The notes under the pieces are model-generated. The model made no database searches and was not told where the DNA came from. It was given only the letters and a program-made list of their open reading frames with translations. This document shows, in pieces, positions 52,434-64,000 of a stretch of DNA of 64,000 nucleotides. Both the position numbers and the translations under genes were made by a program. How positions within the stretch are numbered: position 1 is the first letter of the stretch; each line of letters begins with the position of its first letter. Source of the stretch: Eledone cirrhosa (taxonomy: Eukaryota); contig OZ024742.1 in NCBI GenBank assembly GCA_964016885.1, positions 300,018,001 through 300,082,000 on the forward strand. Reading direction: 5' to 3'.

Positions 52434-53320
52434 ATTGTTTCTACTTTTGCACAAGGCCAGCAATTAACCAGTGCATTACTGGTACTTTATTTTATCGACC
52501 CCGTAAGGATGAAAGGCAAAGTTAACCTCGGCGGGATTTGAACTCAGAATGGCAAGGGCCGTAACTATGCGTCAAAGCATGGTGTCAGACCTTCTACCGA
52601 TACAGCCAATCCACCATAAAAATAATAATGAAGGACAATAGATAGGTAGAGTGAGTGTGTGGTGGGGGGGGGGTTACAATGAAATCGAGTAAACAATATA
52701 AAAACAATAACAATGACCAATATAATTATAACAAAAATTCCCGAATAGGGGGAACACCACCCTGGTGCAACTGAGAAACCCCACCAATCCTGAATCACCA
52801 AACCCTCAAAGAGCACCCGAGAAGGGCGCCCCCTCGCCTCTCCAAGTCAGCTAACATACACGCGCAGGGTCAGAGTTGGAGCATTGACAAGGGCCACCCT
52901 CGCAACATTCAATAATAATAATTGTTTCTACTTTTGGCACAAGGCCAGCAATTATCTCAGTGCATTATTGGTACTTTGTTTTATCGACCCAGTAAGGATG
53001 AAAGACAAAGTTAACCTCGGTGGGATTTGAACTCAGATCATAAAGGGTCGTAACTCTATGCTGGAAAGCATGGCGTCCGACCCTCTACCGATACTGCCAA
53101 TCAACCGCTAGATTTCTACTATAGCTACAAGGTCAGTATTTGGGGAGAGGGGGAAAGTCGATTAAATCTACCCCAGTGCGTTACTGGTACTTTATTCACC
53201 CCATAAGGATAAAAGGCAAAGCTAACCGTGGTGGGGTTTGAACTCAGAATGTAAAGGGCCATAACTATATGCCGCAAGGCCTAGTGTCTGACGCTCTAAC
53301 GATACTGCCAATCCGCTGCC
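52434..53320 (-). mobile_element. Cluster of three family A SINEs (52434-52617, 52920-53109, 53113-53320) around a Tx1-like 3' UTR fragment
   Basis: Reverse-complement matches to the family A consensus; 52625-52912 resembles 4803-5070. Confidence 0.85.
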
Positions 53321-53334
53321 TTTCAATAATAATA

Positions 53335-53620
53335 ATGAGAATCAGACACACAGAAATGCTACCGATTGTATTTGGCGCACTGGGAGCCGTTAGTCGAAGG
53401 TTGGATGCATGGCTTGAGAAGCTAGGAATTACCATCAGGATAGGATTGTTGCAGAAAACAGCCTTGATGGGAACAGCAATAATTTTAAGAAGGGAGTTGG
53501 AAAGTTGAAGTAGAAGGAATGAGCCAAAGGACATGTGGCCATTGGCTATGGCTCGCTCTTTTGGTATAGTGTTGGTATAACATCTGCCAGAACAAAAGTG
53601 TTACTACTAATAATAATAAT
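53335..53620 (+). mobile_element. Dong/R4 LINE 3' fragment in a TAA repeat
   Basis: PIVFGALGAVSRRLDAWLEKLGITIRIGLLQKTALMGTAIILRREL*, typical of the RLE C-terminus; (TAA)n on both sides. Confidence 0.8.
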
Positions 53621-53946
53621 TGGTCACGTGAGCCGAAAACATTAAGGGCTGTACAATAAACAAGGACAGTGAGTATTTACATAAAAACGAATATCAAAGG
53701 TAACAATAAATATATAACAGACTTCACCAATGGGGGAAGTAATACCCAAGGTAATTAAGAAACTCCAAATATCAGTCGGTCACCATTTGCAAGTGCTCCT
53801 CTCCTCATTCCTTTCATCTTAATTTTGAGGAATTGGGGTTTGAATGTAACATGACAGTCATTCATTTGTGTATGAGTATTTAGAAAGGTAAGCTACATGT
53901 AATGATATTTCTGCAAAATGCATCCAGCCACAACACCAAAAATATT

Positions 53947-53982
<36 letters not shown>

Positions 53983-54542
53983 CAGACACGTATACAAGTA
54001 CACAATGACACACATGCATATTTATATAATACATTATTTCGGGTAGAATAAAAATATCATTTCATTTTATAGATCAAACAAATTTAAATATATTATCGTT
54101 AATATATTTGATAAATAAAATTTACTGATCCAACAGACGGATAAATGCAATTTCCTTTCAATTTTCGTTTTCAATTTACGTGTTCAACAAAGATTTTTCA
54201 TCCGACATTCCAATATAGTGCGTGACGTTTATTATTCGTAACATTTCGTGTAGAACTGAAATTGTGGAAACTACAAACTGATCTATGGTCGTGGGTTTGA
54301 TTTCAGATCAAGGCACTTAATATCACGTTGCTTCAAGTTCATTTAGCTGAAGAACACAGTAAATCAACAGCAGTAGCTGGTTGTTAACTTTTCGACAGAC
54401 TGGCACCTCATCCGAGAGAAAGTGTCCAGTACTCTGTCATTTAACACCACATGAAACCGTAATAAGCTCCAACATAATGAGCCTCAAGACTCGTGACAGA
54501 TTTTAACTCTTTTTTTTTTCGATAAACTGGTTACGAATAAAA

Positions 54543-54720
54543 TAATTGTTTCTACTTTAGTCACAAGGCCAGAAATTTGAAGGGGAGGGGTGCTTACTGG
54601 TACTTTATCTTATCGACCCCGTAAGGATGAAAGGCAAAACTAATCTCGGCAGGATTCTAACTCAGAAGGTAGAGGGTCATAACTATGCTGCAAAGCATGG
54701 TGTCTGACCATGCTTTGCAG
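54543..54720 (-). mobile_element. SINE family A
   Basis: Reverse-complement match to the consensus. Confidence 0.8.
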
Positions 54721-54839
54721 TAAACTACAAACTGGTTTCATGTGACAATAGTTAAAGAAAGTAAAGAGGGCTAGGAATTTTGTTGGTTTAATTTTTTTGA
54801 TAATTTAGTCTAGAGAAGAAAGGGCTGTGTCCATTGCCT

Positions 54840-55200
54840 TCACGGGGACCCCGTGACCAATGAAATCTATGAGGTTGATGTTACGGCTAGAGGAAAAACA
54901 TTAACTGGAATGGAATCCCAGAGAGTCGACGATATGACGAGGATATACTTAGTGTTGGGTCTGGAATCGATACACACGATATAGGTGATCAAAGATGAAA
55001 GACGAATGAGTCTCGCTGGTCTGTGTGAAATGGCCAGCTCTGATGAACAGTAACAAATGCCATAGCAGTAGAAAAAAGAGTTTTTAGAGTGTGTTGGTGA
55101 GCAACTTCATACTAATCAGATGCATGGTCTTGGAGGTAGTTGGGAGGATTCGGTCCTGGTTGTCTGAATCTTTAGTAACAACAGCACCGCTCTATTGTGG
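54840..55200 (-). mobile_element. CR1/L2-like LINE ORF2 C-terminal remnant
   Basis: Decayed peptides FFYCY..CSSELA and STLWDSIPVNVFP. Confidence 0.5.
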
Positions 55201-55397
55201 GTATCACTTGCAGGCCTGAGTAAATTTATTATTTAATACAGGCCAAGTGTAAAATAAAGGCCCCTTTTTCCAAATTAAGTTGTATTAAATATATATAATA
55301 TATGTATAGGTTATATATAACATATCTCACTTGTAGTATACTTCATGCATTTGCATGTAACAGAACAGAAATTAAAAAATATATATTTATAAAAATA

Positions 55398-55612
55398 TAA
55401 ATGTAAGTATGTGTACGTACAGTCATATATGTATACAGACGTACAATAGTATTATATACATACATACATGCACACATATATATATATGTACGTATGGGTT
55501 TACCGAACATTTATTACAATGCTTGGTTTGTTTTTAAATGTTCGGTAAACCCATACGTACATATATATATGTGTGTATGTATATACATACACACATATAT
55601 ATATGTACGTAT
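55398..55612 (-). mobile_element. Family C fold-back truncated before the ribozyme
   Basis: GTACGTATGGGTTTACCGAACATTTA / TAAATGTTCGGTAAACCCATACGTAC; homologous to 26735-26875. Confidence 0.7.
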
Positions 55613-56828
55613 GAAAACAAAATTTTCATCGGACAAAAACGCCCCCATACAAAACAGACAAAATCCTCTATGAATACTAGACAAAACAAAATACTCTCAT
55701 GGTGAAAATATATAACAATAAAAGTTACAAATCTATTTGTAGTTTTTAAATTGCTAACATTACGAAATACAATTTACCTGATAAAAAATAAATTAAAATT
55801 ATACACAAATCAACATTTCAAATTTTGTTTTATTCTGACTAGCAGAATTTCTGTCCGTCGGTCATTTTCTCCCGATATTTTTGTCCAAAAGCTTTCGACC
55901 GATTAACGTTTTGTCCGGTAGAGATTTTGCCCTGGGCTTTTGTCCAGCGGTTTTGTTTGTTTTTTGTGGGGTGGGTGTAGGAAATAGACCCATGCCAGCT
56001 GGAAAATCTGTATCAACTCATTATTCGGGTGGCTCACTGGAACATTGCATATGATTAGTAATGCTTTCTCATCAGATTAAGATATATTCATTTAAATGTT
56101 AGATGTTTATTAACTACTATTTGCTTCTGACAAACAAAGATAACAGAATAAAGAAATGAATTCTTGCATTACAAAAATTAAACGATGAAATAAATGTTAG
56201 AGATAAAAAATATGGATGGTAGATGGGGGCGAAATAATAATGCAGTCTAGATAAATATATACTGCTCTTCATCTAATAAAAAGTACGCACACACAGATAC
56301 ACATGCACATATGTATGCTCAGCTATGCCCACATATGTGCATACATACACCACAGTTCTCTTTTTCCCTCTCACTCTTGTTCTCTTCTTCTTTCTCTCCC
56401 TCCTTCTCTTCCTCCTCCCTTCTCTCTCTCCAGGCTCCTCTCGATCGATCGATCGATTGAATCTACGTATTCCAACGTAAGATATATATTTATTTGTGTG
56501 TTTGTGTAAGGGATAAGTGCATGCTTAGCTGTGAAGATAAGGAGTTCGCTTGGCTATCTCGTGCCTGCGGGTTAAGTACCACTGTGTGGCTCTTTGGACA
56601 AGTGTCTTTTACACTAGCCTTGGGTTGTCTAATGCCTTATGAATAAAATTTGGTTGACGGAAAGTATACAACGGTTCAACAAAAAGGGGTTTATGAAATA
56701 AGAACAAGATTTGAAAAATATTTAAGTATTAGGTTCAATATGATCGACTAAATCTCTTCCAAGTTGTGCCCCAGGCATGACAACAATCTAATGACTGAAA
56801 CCAGTAGAAGAATATAATTATATTTATA

Positions 56829-56983
56829 AGTATAAAGAAAGTGCTCAAGCGCAGAAATACTATAAAGATAGCTTATGAAATAGCGGCCGATGGCAACTTC
56901 TTTCTCCGTCTTTTAAAGGTGTTCACCTTATTTTATAGGCTATCTTTATAGCATTTTTGCACTTGAGCACTTTCTTTATACTC
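56829..56983. repeat. 155-bp palindrome with the shared tail motif
   Basis: AGTATAAAGAAAGTGCTCAAG.. / ..CTTGAGCACTTTCTTTATACT. Confidence 0.75.
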
Positions 56984-58452
56984 ATATATATATATATTCT
57001 CAGCGCTTCAAAAAGCCGAACATTTGGCTTCGTACATCATAATTATATTTATTTATTTCTCGAATAGTCTAGAAATAAATAAACAAATAAGTGTGTAAAT
57101 AAATATATATATATAAATAAACAAAAAGCAGTAAGAAATATGACGTGCTTTTATAGAATTGTTTCCCATTGTTAGTCATAAACGAATTTAGTAAACATGA
57201 AAGGTAAAATTGATGCGGTTTCTTTGGCCTGTTTTAAGTTTTACTATACATTCAAACTACAGACATTGCTTTAATGTCATTGCAATGTATTTGACATTTT
57301 CACTACTAATCTTTCCAATTAAATACAATACTGCAACAAATTGTATTCGTTTTCTCTCTATTCTTTGAAAATTCTGTTTGTCCACACATGGGACATCTCA
57401 GTCTCGATCCTTCAAATTATCTGATACAAACGATATTGTAAAGAAAAGAAAATGAAAATATAAAAAAAAAATGTCTGCTAAAATCTCAGATGAAACGGAA
57501 GTAGTAATGGTAGCTATAGTTAGTTATAGGTAGGTAGAGTTCACAGAGTGCAGATGAACTCTAGCATATGTAACATTTCCTGTCCTAACTTACAATACAT
57601 CTTCGATGGCTTCAGTTTGGAATGCTGACTTATTTATTTCTTCTTTTTAGTTCATTCATTCGTTGAAATTGCCGATGAATTTGCAGAGTCGTTAGAGCTT
57701 TTCATTCCAGCTCGCAAATTCTTTTGGGGTCGATAAATAAAGTACCAGTTCAGTGCCGATTTTTCTTCTTTTCTCTCTCTCTCTCTCTATCGATTTACTT
57801 GAATTTCCCCTCCACCAAATTGATTTTTGAGGACCATACCTGGTCTGTAGCTGCGCCTCAAAGACCAGCGACTGTTACAGCCAGACGTCAGCCGACAACT
57901 TTCTCAAAGACAAAGTGAGAAAAGAGGATTTTAGCTGAGGGTCGTGGCATATTATGCACCTCTGTTTCGTGATAACTATTTCCAGTGATGATGTTTTAGC
58001 TATTTTAGTCAGCATTTCATATCCGACGATTTACCTATGATAATTTATCTAGAGATATATAATTAGTAAAGTTTAAAATGTTTATATTTATCTAGAAACC
58101 ACTCATCATAATTCTATGTAAGAACCTTTATGTTGTGTTTCAAAGATTGGATAAATAAAAAGGAAGCCATGTTATTGTACATTACTAAATTCCTAAAAAT
58201 TCTTGATTATTATGAAAATTATTTTAAAATCATAGGCAAAATCTTTCAGCAGAAATACGGGAACGAAAGAGTTAAAATAGTTTAAGCCATGCCAAATCGA
58301 ACTCTTTCCTTTATAGATCAGTTCTATTATAAAATATATATAATTGCCTTTCTCTCTATCCCTCACTCGCACATTTCTCTCTCTCTCTTTCTATATATAT
58401 ATATATACATTCACACATACAGACTGCCAATTATATATATAACCGATTAGCA

Positions 58453-58499
58453 TTGTCTGATGACCCTGTCAATGCACAGGCGAAACTCCAGAGTAACAA
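58453..58499 (+). ncRNA. Minimal type I hammerhead motif
   Basis: TTGT-CTGATGA-cCCTGT caatgc ACAGGc-GAAACTCCAGAGTA-ACAA; C.C mismatch at the base of stem II. Confidence 0.75.
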
Positions 58500-58805
58500 G
58501 ACTTTAACTTAACTTTAATAATTAATTATAATAACAACAACAACAATAATAAAATTAATCTGTGTGTGTGAAAGGAAGTAAAATTAGAAAGTCGAGGTAT
58601 TCTCATAAACAACCAGAAAACTATCAACGAAGCAATAACTTGAGAAATGTATTGTGTTCAGCTCAATAACTTCTGCCGGAGTCACATAGTTCGCTCGATC
58701 AGAAATACTGGCAATTTAACGATCTTTTAACGATCTATCGTCATATATGTATGTATATATGAATACAATTATATCCATATATATATGTATATATATATAT
58801 ATATT

Positions 58806-59040
58806 ACAAAGGAATTGTGGTAAGGAACCAAATGGACCATGACGCACCAGAGTACTCAATACTTAGGGTGGTAGAGTGGGAAATATGAAAAAGTATGACC
58901 CCGACGGCAGAGCTCAAGCCGTTTCGACGGCTATTTCTGAACTAAATTAGAATTTTTAGCCAGGCTAAAAATTCTAATTTAGTCCAGAAATAGCCGTCGA
59001 AACGGCTTGAGATCTGCCGTCGGGGTCATACTTTTTCCTA
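58806..59040 (-). mobile_element. Fold-back mini-element family B
   Basis: Palindrome 58884-59040 centred on the single A at 58962. Confidence 0.85.
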
Positions 59041-59049
59041 TATATATAT

Positions 59050-59273
59050 AGTAATAATAATAAATTTGAAGACTAAAATCCAAAGAGGGCTCAATAAGGA
59101 TAAATATATATCAAATATATAAGAACCGTAGAGCAAATATTTATTAAAATAACAGATTAAAGTTTAAGCAAAGAATCGCTGCTTTCACCCTTAACGGGAT
59201 CTTCTGAAACTCCCGTTAAGGGTGAAAGCAGCGATTCTCTGCTTAAACTTTAATCTGTTATTTTAATAAATAT
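59050..59273 (-). mobile_element. Fold-back mini-element family H
   Basis: Palindrome 59137-59273 centred at 59205; arm GAAGA-TCCC gttaa GGGT-GAAA. Tail shared with 1591-1686 and 8818-8850. Confidence 0.8.
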
Positions 59274-59490
59274 ATATATATATATATACATACACACACA
59301 ATTATATCCATGTATACATATATATATATATATATAATTATATACAATTATATATATATATACACACACACACACACAATTATATCCATGTATACATATA
59401 TATATATAATTATATACAATTATGTATACATATATATATATAATTATATACAATTATATATACATATATATATATATAATTATATACAAT

Positions 59491-59524
<34 letters not shown>

Positions 59525-60433
59525 CACACACACAATTATATCCATGTATACATATATATATATATATATATATAATTATATCCACTTATATATAATATAT
59601 ATATATATACACACAATTATATCATTTATACATACATACATATATATATAATTATATCCACTTATATATATATATATATAAGTGGATATAATTATATATA
59701 TATATGTATGTATGTATATATATATATAATTATATCCATTTATTTTATATATATATATATGCACACACACAATTATATCCATTTATATATACATACATAT
59801 ATATATAATTATATCCATATATATATATATATATAATTTCTTAAAGGAAACAAATTATTTACTGGGGAAAGTTCTAGATTAACTTAGTGGATATTTAATT
59901 TGATAGGATTAACTTTGACATAAATTTTGAAGGAGAGAGAAAAAATATAATCGATACAATTCGGTTATATTTGTTATATTTACACATATTTCGATTTTAC
60001 ATAATAGAACTTAACAGAATGTACTTTATGTTCTCAATATCGACGTCCACAGTAGACAATGTAAAAGAAACCAGTGACTTTATCAACCAAGACTAATCTA
60101 AAATGTTCAGTGAATACCTCTATTTCATTATAGCAATGTTTAACAATTCTAAGTGAAGGAGTGTGTCTTAGTTGTAAGGGCCGGGGATGTGTTTGGTCAC
60201 TATCGCAAGGTCATGTTTTCGATTCGCAGGGGCGAGTTTTGTCCTTCAGAAAGACACTTCATTTCACGTCATTCTATCATTCCAGGACAAGAAATCTGTT
60301 AAAAGGTGGAGAGTGCATTTGCTAAGCAAGATTTAATACAAGTAAACTAATAAAGTTAATTTAGTCGACTGTACCAACCTTAAAATGTGCCTATGTAAAA
60401 AATGATTACTATTAGTATTGTCCTATCTTAGAG

Positions 60434-60650
60434 AGGTAGATTAACAGTATCGGTAGAGCGTCTGACACTATGCTTTGCAGCATAGAGTTATGGTCCTTTA
60501 CGTTCTGAGTTCAAATCCCGCCGAGGTTAGCTTTGCCTCTCATCCTTACGGGGTCGATAAAATAAAGCACCAGTAATGCACTGGGGTCGATTTAATCGAC
60601 TTTCCCCACCCCCAAAACTTGCTGGCCTTGTGCCTAAATCAGAAACCAAT
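60434..60650 (+). mobile_element. SINE family A (long variant)
   Basis: Consensus match including the GTCGATTTAATCGAC hairpin; 5'-truncated copies at 61174-61286 and 61361-61450. Confidence 0.9.
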
Positions 60651-62260
60651 ATTCTCTTACTTTTTTTTTTTTGTTTTACTATTTAGTCAAGGAGGGAGAG
60701 ACAGTGCCCATGACATTGATGATGTTGATAATGATGACGTCGATGACAACGGCGACGACGATGATGATGATGTTGATAATGATAACGATGGCGATGATGA
60801 TGATAGTATGGACTGTATCGATGTTGTCAAGTTGTTTTGCTATTCCAAAATTAGTTTATCGGAATCCTGATAGATGAAGTATTGAAGTTATTGTGGGGAG
60901 AAATTCGATATATTTTAGAGCTGACATCAACTGAAGTGATATAGAACGGGCCCGCATCTTATGCGACCAATTATTCTCCTCCCTCCCTCCTCACCACATA
61001 TATACGTACACTTGCGTTTGCTTATGTGCATATATATGTATATGTGTGTGTATAATTTTCATTCCCTTATATTTCCGTTAACGCATGCATCCACACCGGT
61101 CAGATCATACTTATGTATGAGCCTAAATCTGAAAACATTACTTTTAATGCTTTCATTTTATTATTATCTTACTACTCAAATCCCGCCGAGGTTAACTTTG
61201 CCTTTCATCCTTACGGGGTCGATAAAATAAAGTACCAGTAATGCACTGGATAATTGCTGGCCTTGTGCCAAAAGTAGAAACAATTATTAATACCTTCAGT
61301 ATTTTTATGTTTAATCATTTTACTACTATTAATAATATCATTTTAAAATTATTTTTCTGTAATAAAGCACTAGTAATGCACTAGGGTCGATTTAGTCGAC
61401 TTTCCCCTTCCCTTCAAATTGCTGGCCTTGTGCCTAAAGTAGAAACAATATTATTTTTCTGTGTATGTTTCGATTTCTTTGCTTTACGTGTAAAATAATT
61501 AGACATATTCCGAAACCTTCTATTAATCACCAAATTTAACAGTATTAGTGGCTTTTATGAATTTAGTTTCGGTTAGTGGTTATAAAATCAAAAGGAATAT
61601 TGATTACCAAAGATACTTGCATATGTTTCTGATACAAAGACAGCTAGTTATTCCATGAACTAGCCATAACTATGTATTAGAAAAAAATAAACGTTGTCTC
61701 AGAAATTATTTAGAATGAAATAGAGTTATTTAAGATGGTCAAAGAGAAATACGAAGGAAATAGCTGTGTTGCATTTCTAATTGTTAATTAAGTTAAGAAT
61801 ACGTTACTTCTGAATGACTAGATTTCTTATTTGATGTCTTAAGCCGATTGACTAGCAAACCAAGTTGCATGATTTAAACTTTTAGGAGAAGACATCCATT
61901 TTATCAATGGTTCCATTTAGCATTGTGTTGTGTGTGCATGGTTATTTCGATATAAGACTCAGTGGAAGCTAACTGCAATCCATCATTTCTGATCAGTTTA
62001 AGTGTTTCTATTTACTACAGGAAAGTAAACCTAACTATTAACCAATCCTTAAGTACATTTCTGATTGATTGATTGTCTAGATAGCTAGCTTTTACTTCGG
62101 ATATTTACATATTTAAACTAACTTTTAACCACCGGGATTTAGTTAGAAACACTTCTTTTCTGTAGATCATATTGAGATTGTTTCTATAATTATATCAGAG
62201 AAAAAAAGATGCCGATTCAGTGAAACGATACAGCTTCAGAAGAGATGTAGTAGAGTTTAA

Positions 62261-62468
62261 CCCTTTAGCATTTAAACCAGCCGTGTCCAGCCAGAATTCT
62301 CTCACCTCTTTCTGTTTAAACTGGTTATAACCGACTACTCATACCAACGTTAAGGTATTGTTCTCAAAATAAATATCAACAAAATCTCATAGATTCGATA
62401 TTATGTCAGATAAAACCTTTGCCGCGAAAATACAGTAGTAAATATAGAGTAATGTAAATGCTAAAGGG
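62261..62468. mobile_element. piggyBac-type MITE
   Basis: TTAA|CCCTTTAGCATTTA ... TAAATGCTAAAGGG|TTAA: perfect 14-bp TIR and TTAA target duplication. Confidence 0.85.
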
Positions 62469-62901
62469 TTAATGATGAAGAAGTTCGCTTTGCAAACATA
62501 ATGTCTCAGGTTTGGTCTAGTAACGTGGCATCTGGAGCATTTAACATAGCCTCGGGTTGACATAAACTTTGTGAGTGAAATAGGGTAGACAGAAACTGTT
62601 TGGAAGCCCATTGGATGAACTGTATCTGTAATTCAAATAGCTAGCCATGTCACATATTGTGCCATGCTGAATCTTGAGAATTATGTTATGGATATACTTG
62701 TCTGTGGAATACTCAACTAGCCATTTAAACAATAATTTCAGGATCTGGCTGTTCCGTGATAAAAAAAAAAATGGAATACTCAACATCAAAACCGGTGTAG
62801 ACCCATTCTATTCCAAATCTTTAGATTAAATTAATTGTGGACATTTAGTTTCGTCTGTTTACATCATGTGTTCAAATCCTGAAGAGGTTATGTAAGATAC
62901 T

Positions 62902-63586
62902 AATGGTTTCTTATATAAGCACAAGGCCAGCAATTTTGGGGGAGGGGAAAGTCGATTAAATCGACCCCAGTGCGTGACTGGTATTTTATTTTATCGACCC
63001 CGTAAGGATGAAAGGCAAAGTTAACCTCGGCGAGATTTGAACTCAGACCATAAAGGAAGGTAACTATGCTGGAAAGCATGGCGTCCGACCCTCTACTGAT
63101 ACTGCCAATCCCCTGCCCTTTTATAATACTAATAATGGTTTCTACATTTGGCACAAGGCCAACAATTTGAAGGGGGGGACGGAAAATCGATTAAATTGAC
63201 TTCAGTATGTTACAGGTACTTTATTTTATCGACCATATAAGGATAAAAGGCAAAGCTAATCTCGGCAGAATTTCAACTCATAGCGTAAAGGGCCGTAACT
63301 CTATGCTATAAAGCATGTTGTTCAAATCCTGCCGAGGTTTGTTTCGCCTTTCATCCTTACGGTATCGATACAATAAAGTACCAGTAATGCACTGGGGGCC
63401 ATTTAATCGACTTTTTCCCCCTCTCCAAAAAATAGTTGGTTTTGTGCCTAAATCAGAAACCAATATATTTGTCGACCTCGTAATGATATAAGACAAAATT
63501 GACCTGGGTGGGATTTGAACTCAGAACGCAACAGAGAGCTATAATGAACACCACAAAGTTCTAATGACTCTGCCAATTCACTGCCT
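62902..63586. mobile_element. Cluster of four family A SINEs (62902-63117 -, 63134-63321 -, 63322-63463 +, 63495-63586 -)
   Basis: Consensus matches in both orientations. Confidence 0.85.
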
Positions 63587-64000
63587 ACAGGATGATATAA
63601 TTAATGCACAAATAAGTACTCTCTGGATAATAAGAAATAGTCCATGCGTAATGAGTTTATTAAGAAGTAAAAAAAAAAAACAACGCTAAAAATAGTTTGG
63701 CTTTCTTTGATTTCTATATAAATCACTTGTGCGTTAAATATTTTTGCTATCTGGAGAATTTTTATTTCAGCATCAATTTTATATAGAGAGAAAGAGGGAG
63801 ATGTGTAAAATCCCAATCGCAGCACCTAGCGATTTCGACTTGTGTGTTCAACAATCCCTTTCAAGGGTGTAGTAATATTTGGAAGGTGTGAAAGAATAGG
63901 TCACTGGTTTATCATAGTAGTAAACTGGTCTGATGGAAAAAGTGGGATAGGGACAGACAGTGGTAGTGTATCTGGACTGGCAAGGGGTCGGAAGAAGGAA

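Overview
Repeat-dominated, AT-rich animal genomic DNA with no recognisable host protein-coding gene. The extreme (TA)n content and the SINE types suggest an octopus/coleoid cephalopod, which is an inference. Nearly all ORFs in the track are microsatellite translations (YIYI, VCVC). The real coding signal is decayed transposons: a DD37D (maT) element, two mariner remnants, an R4/Dong-type RLE LINE plus a second 3' fragment, Tx1- and CR1-like remnants, and two Penelope-like (PLE) GIY-YIG 3' ends. There are also more than 20 tRNA-derived SINE copies, several MITEs, a 50-bp satellite next to a 200-N gap and multi-kb (TA)n arrays. The main observation is that most short 'unique' islands between (TA)n tracts share one design: a minimal type I hammerhead ribozyme (CUGANGA...GAAA-short, often palindromic loop-UH), a 3' tail and an inverted partial copy forming a fold-back. 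About 15 intact or degenerate hammerhead motifs from roughly ten unrelated families were found by eye. Several palindromes pivot inside the ribozyme, one carries a copy of nearby flanking DNA at its centre, and one has a head-to-tail retrozyme-like monomer. All folding and alignment was manual, so element boundaries are approximate.
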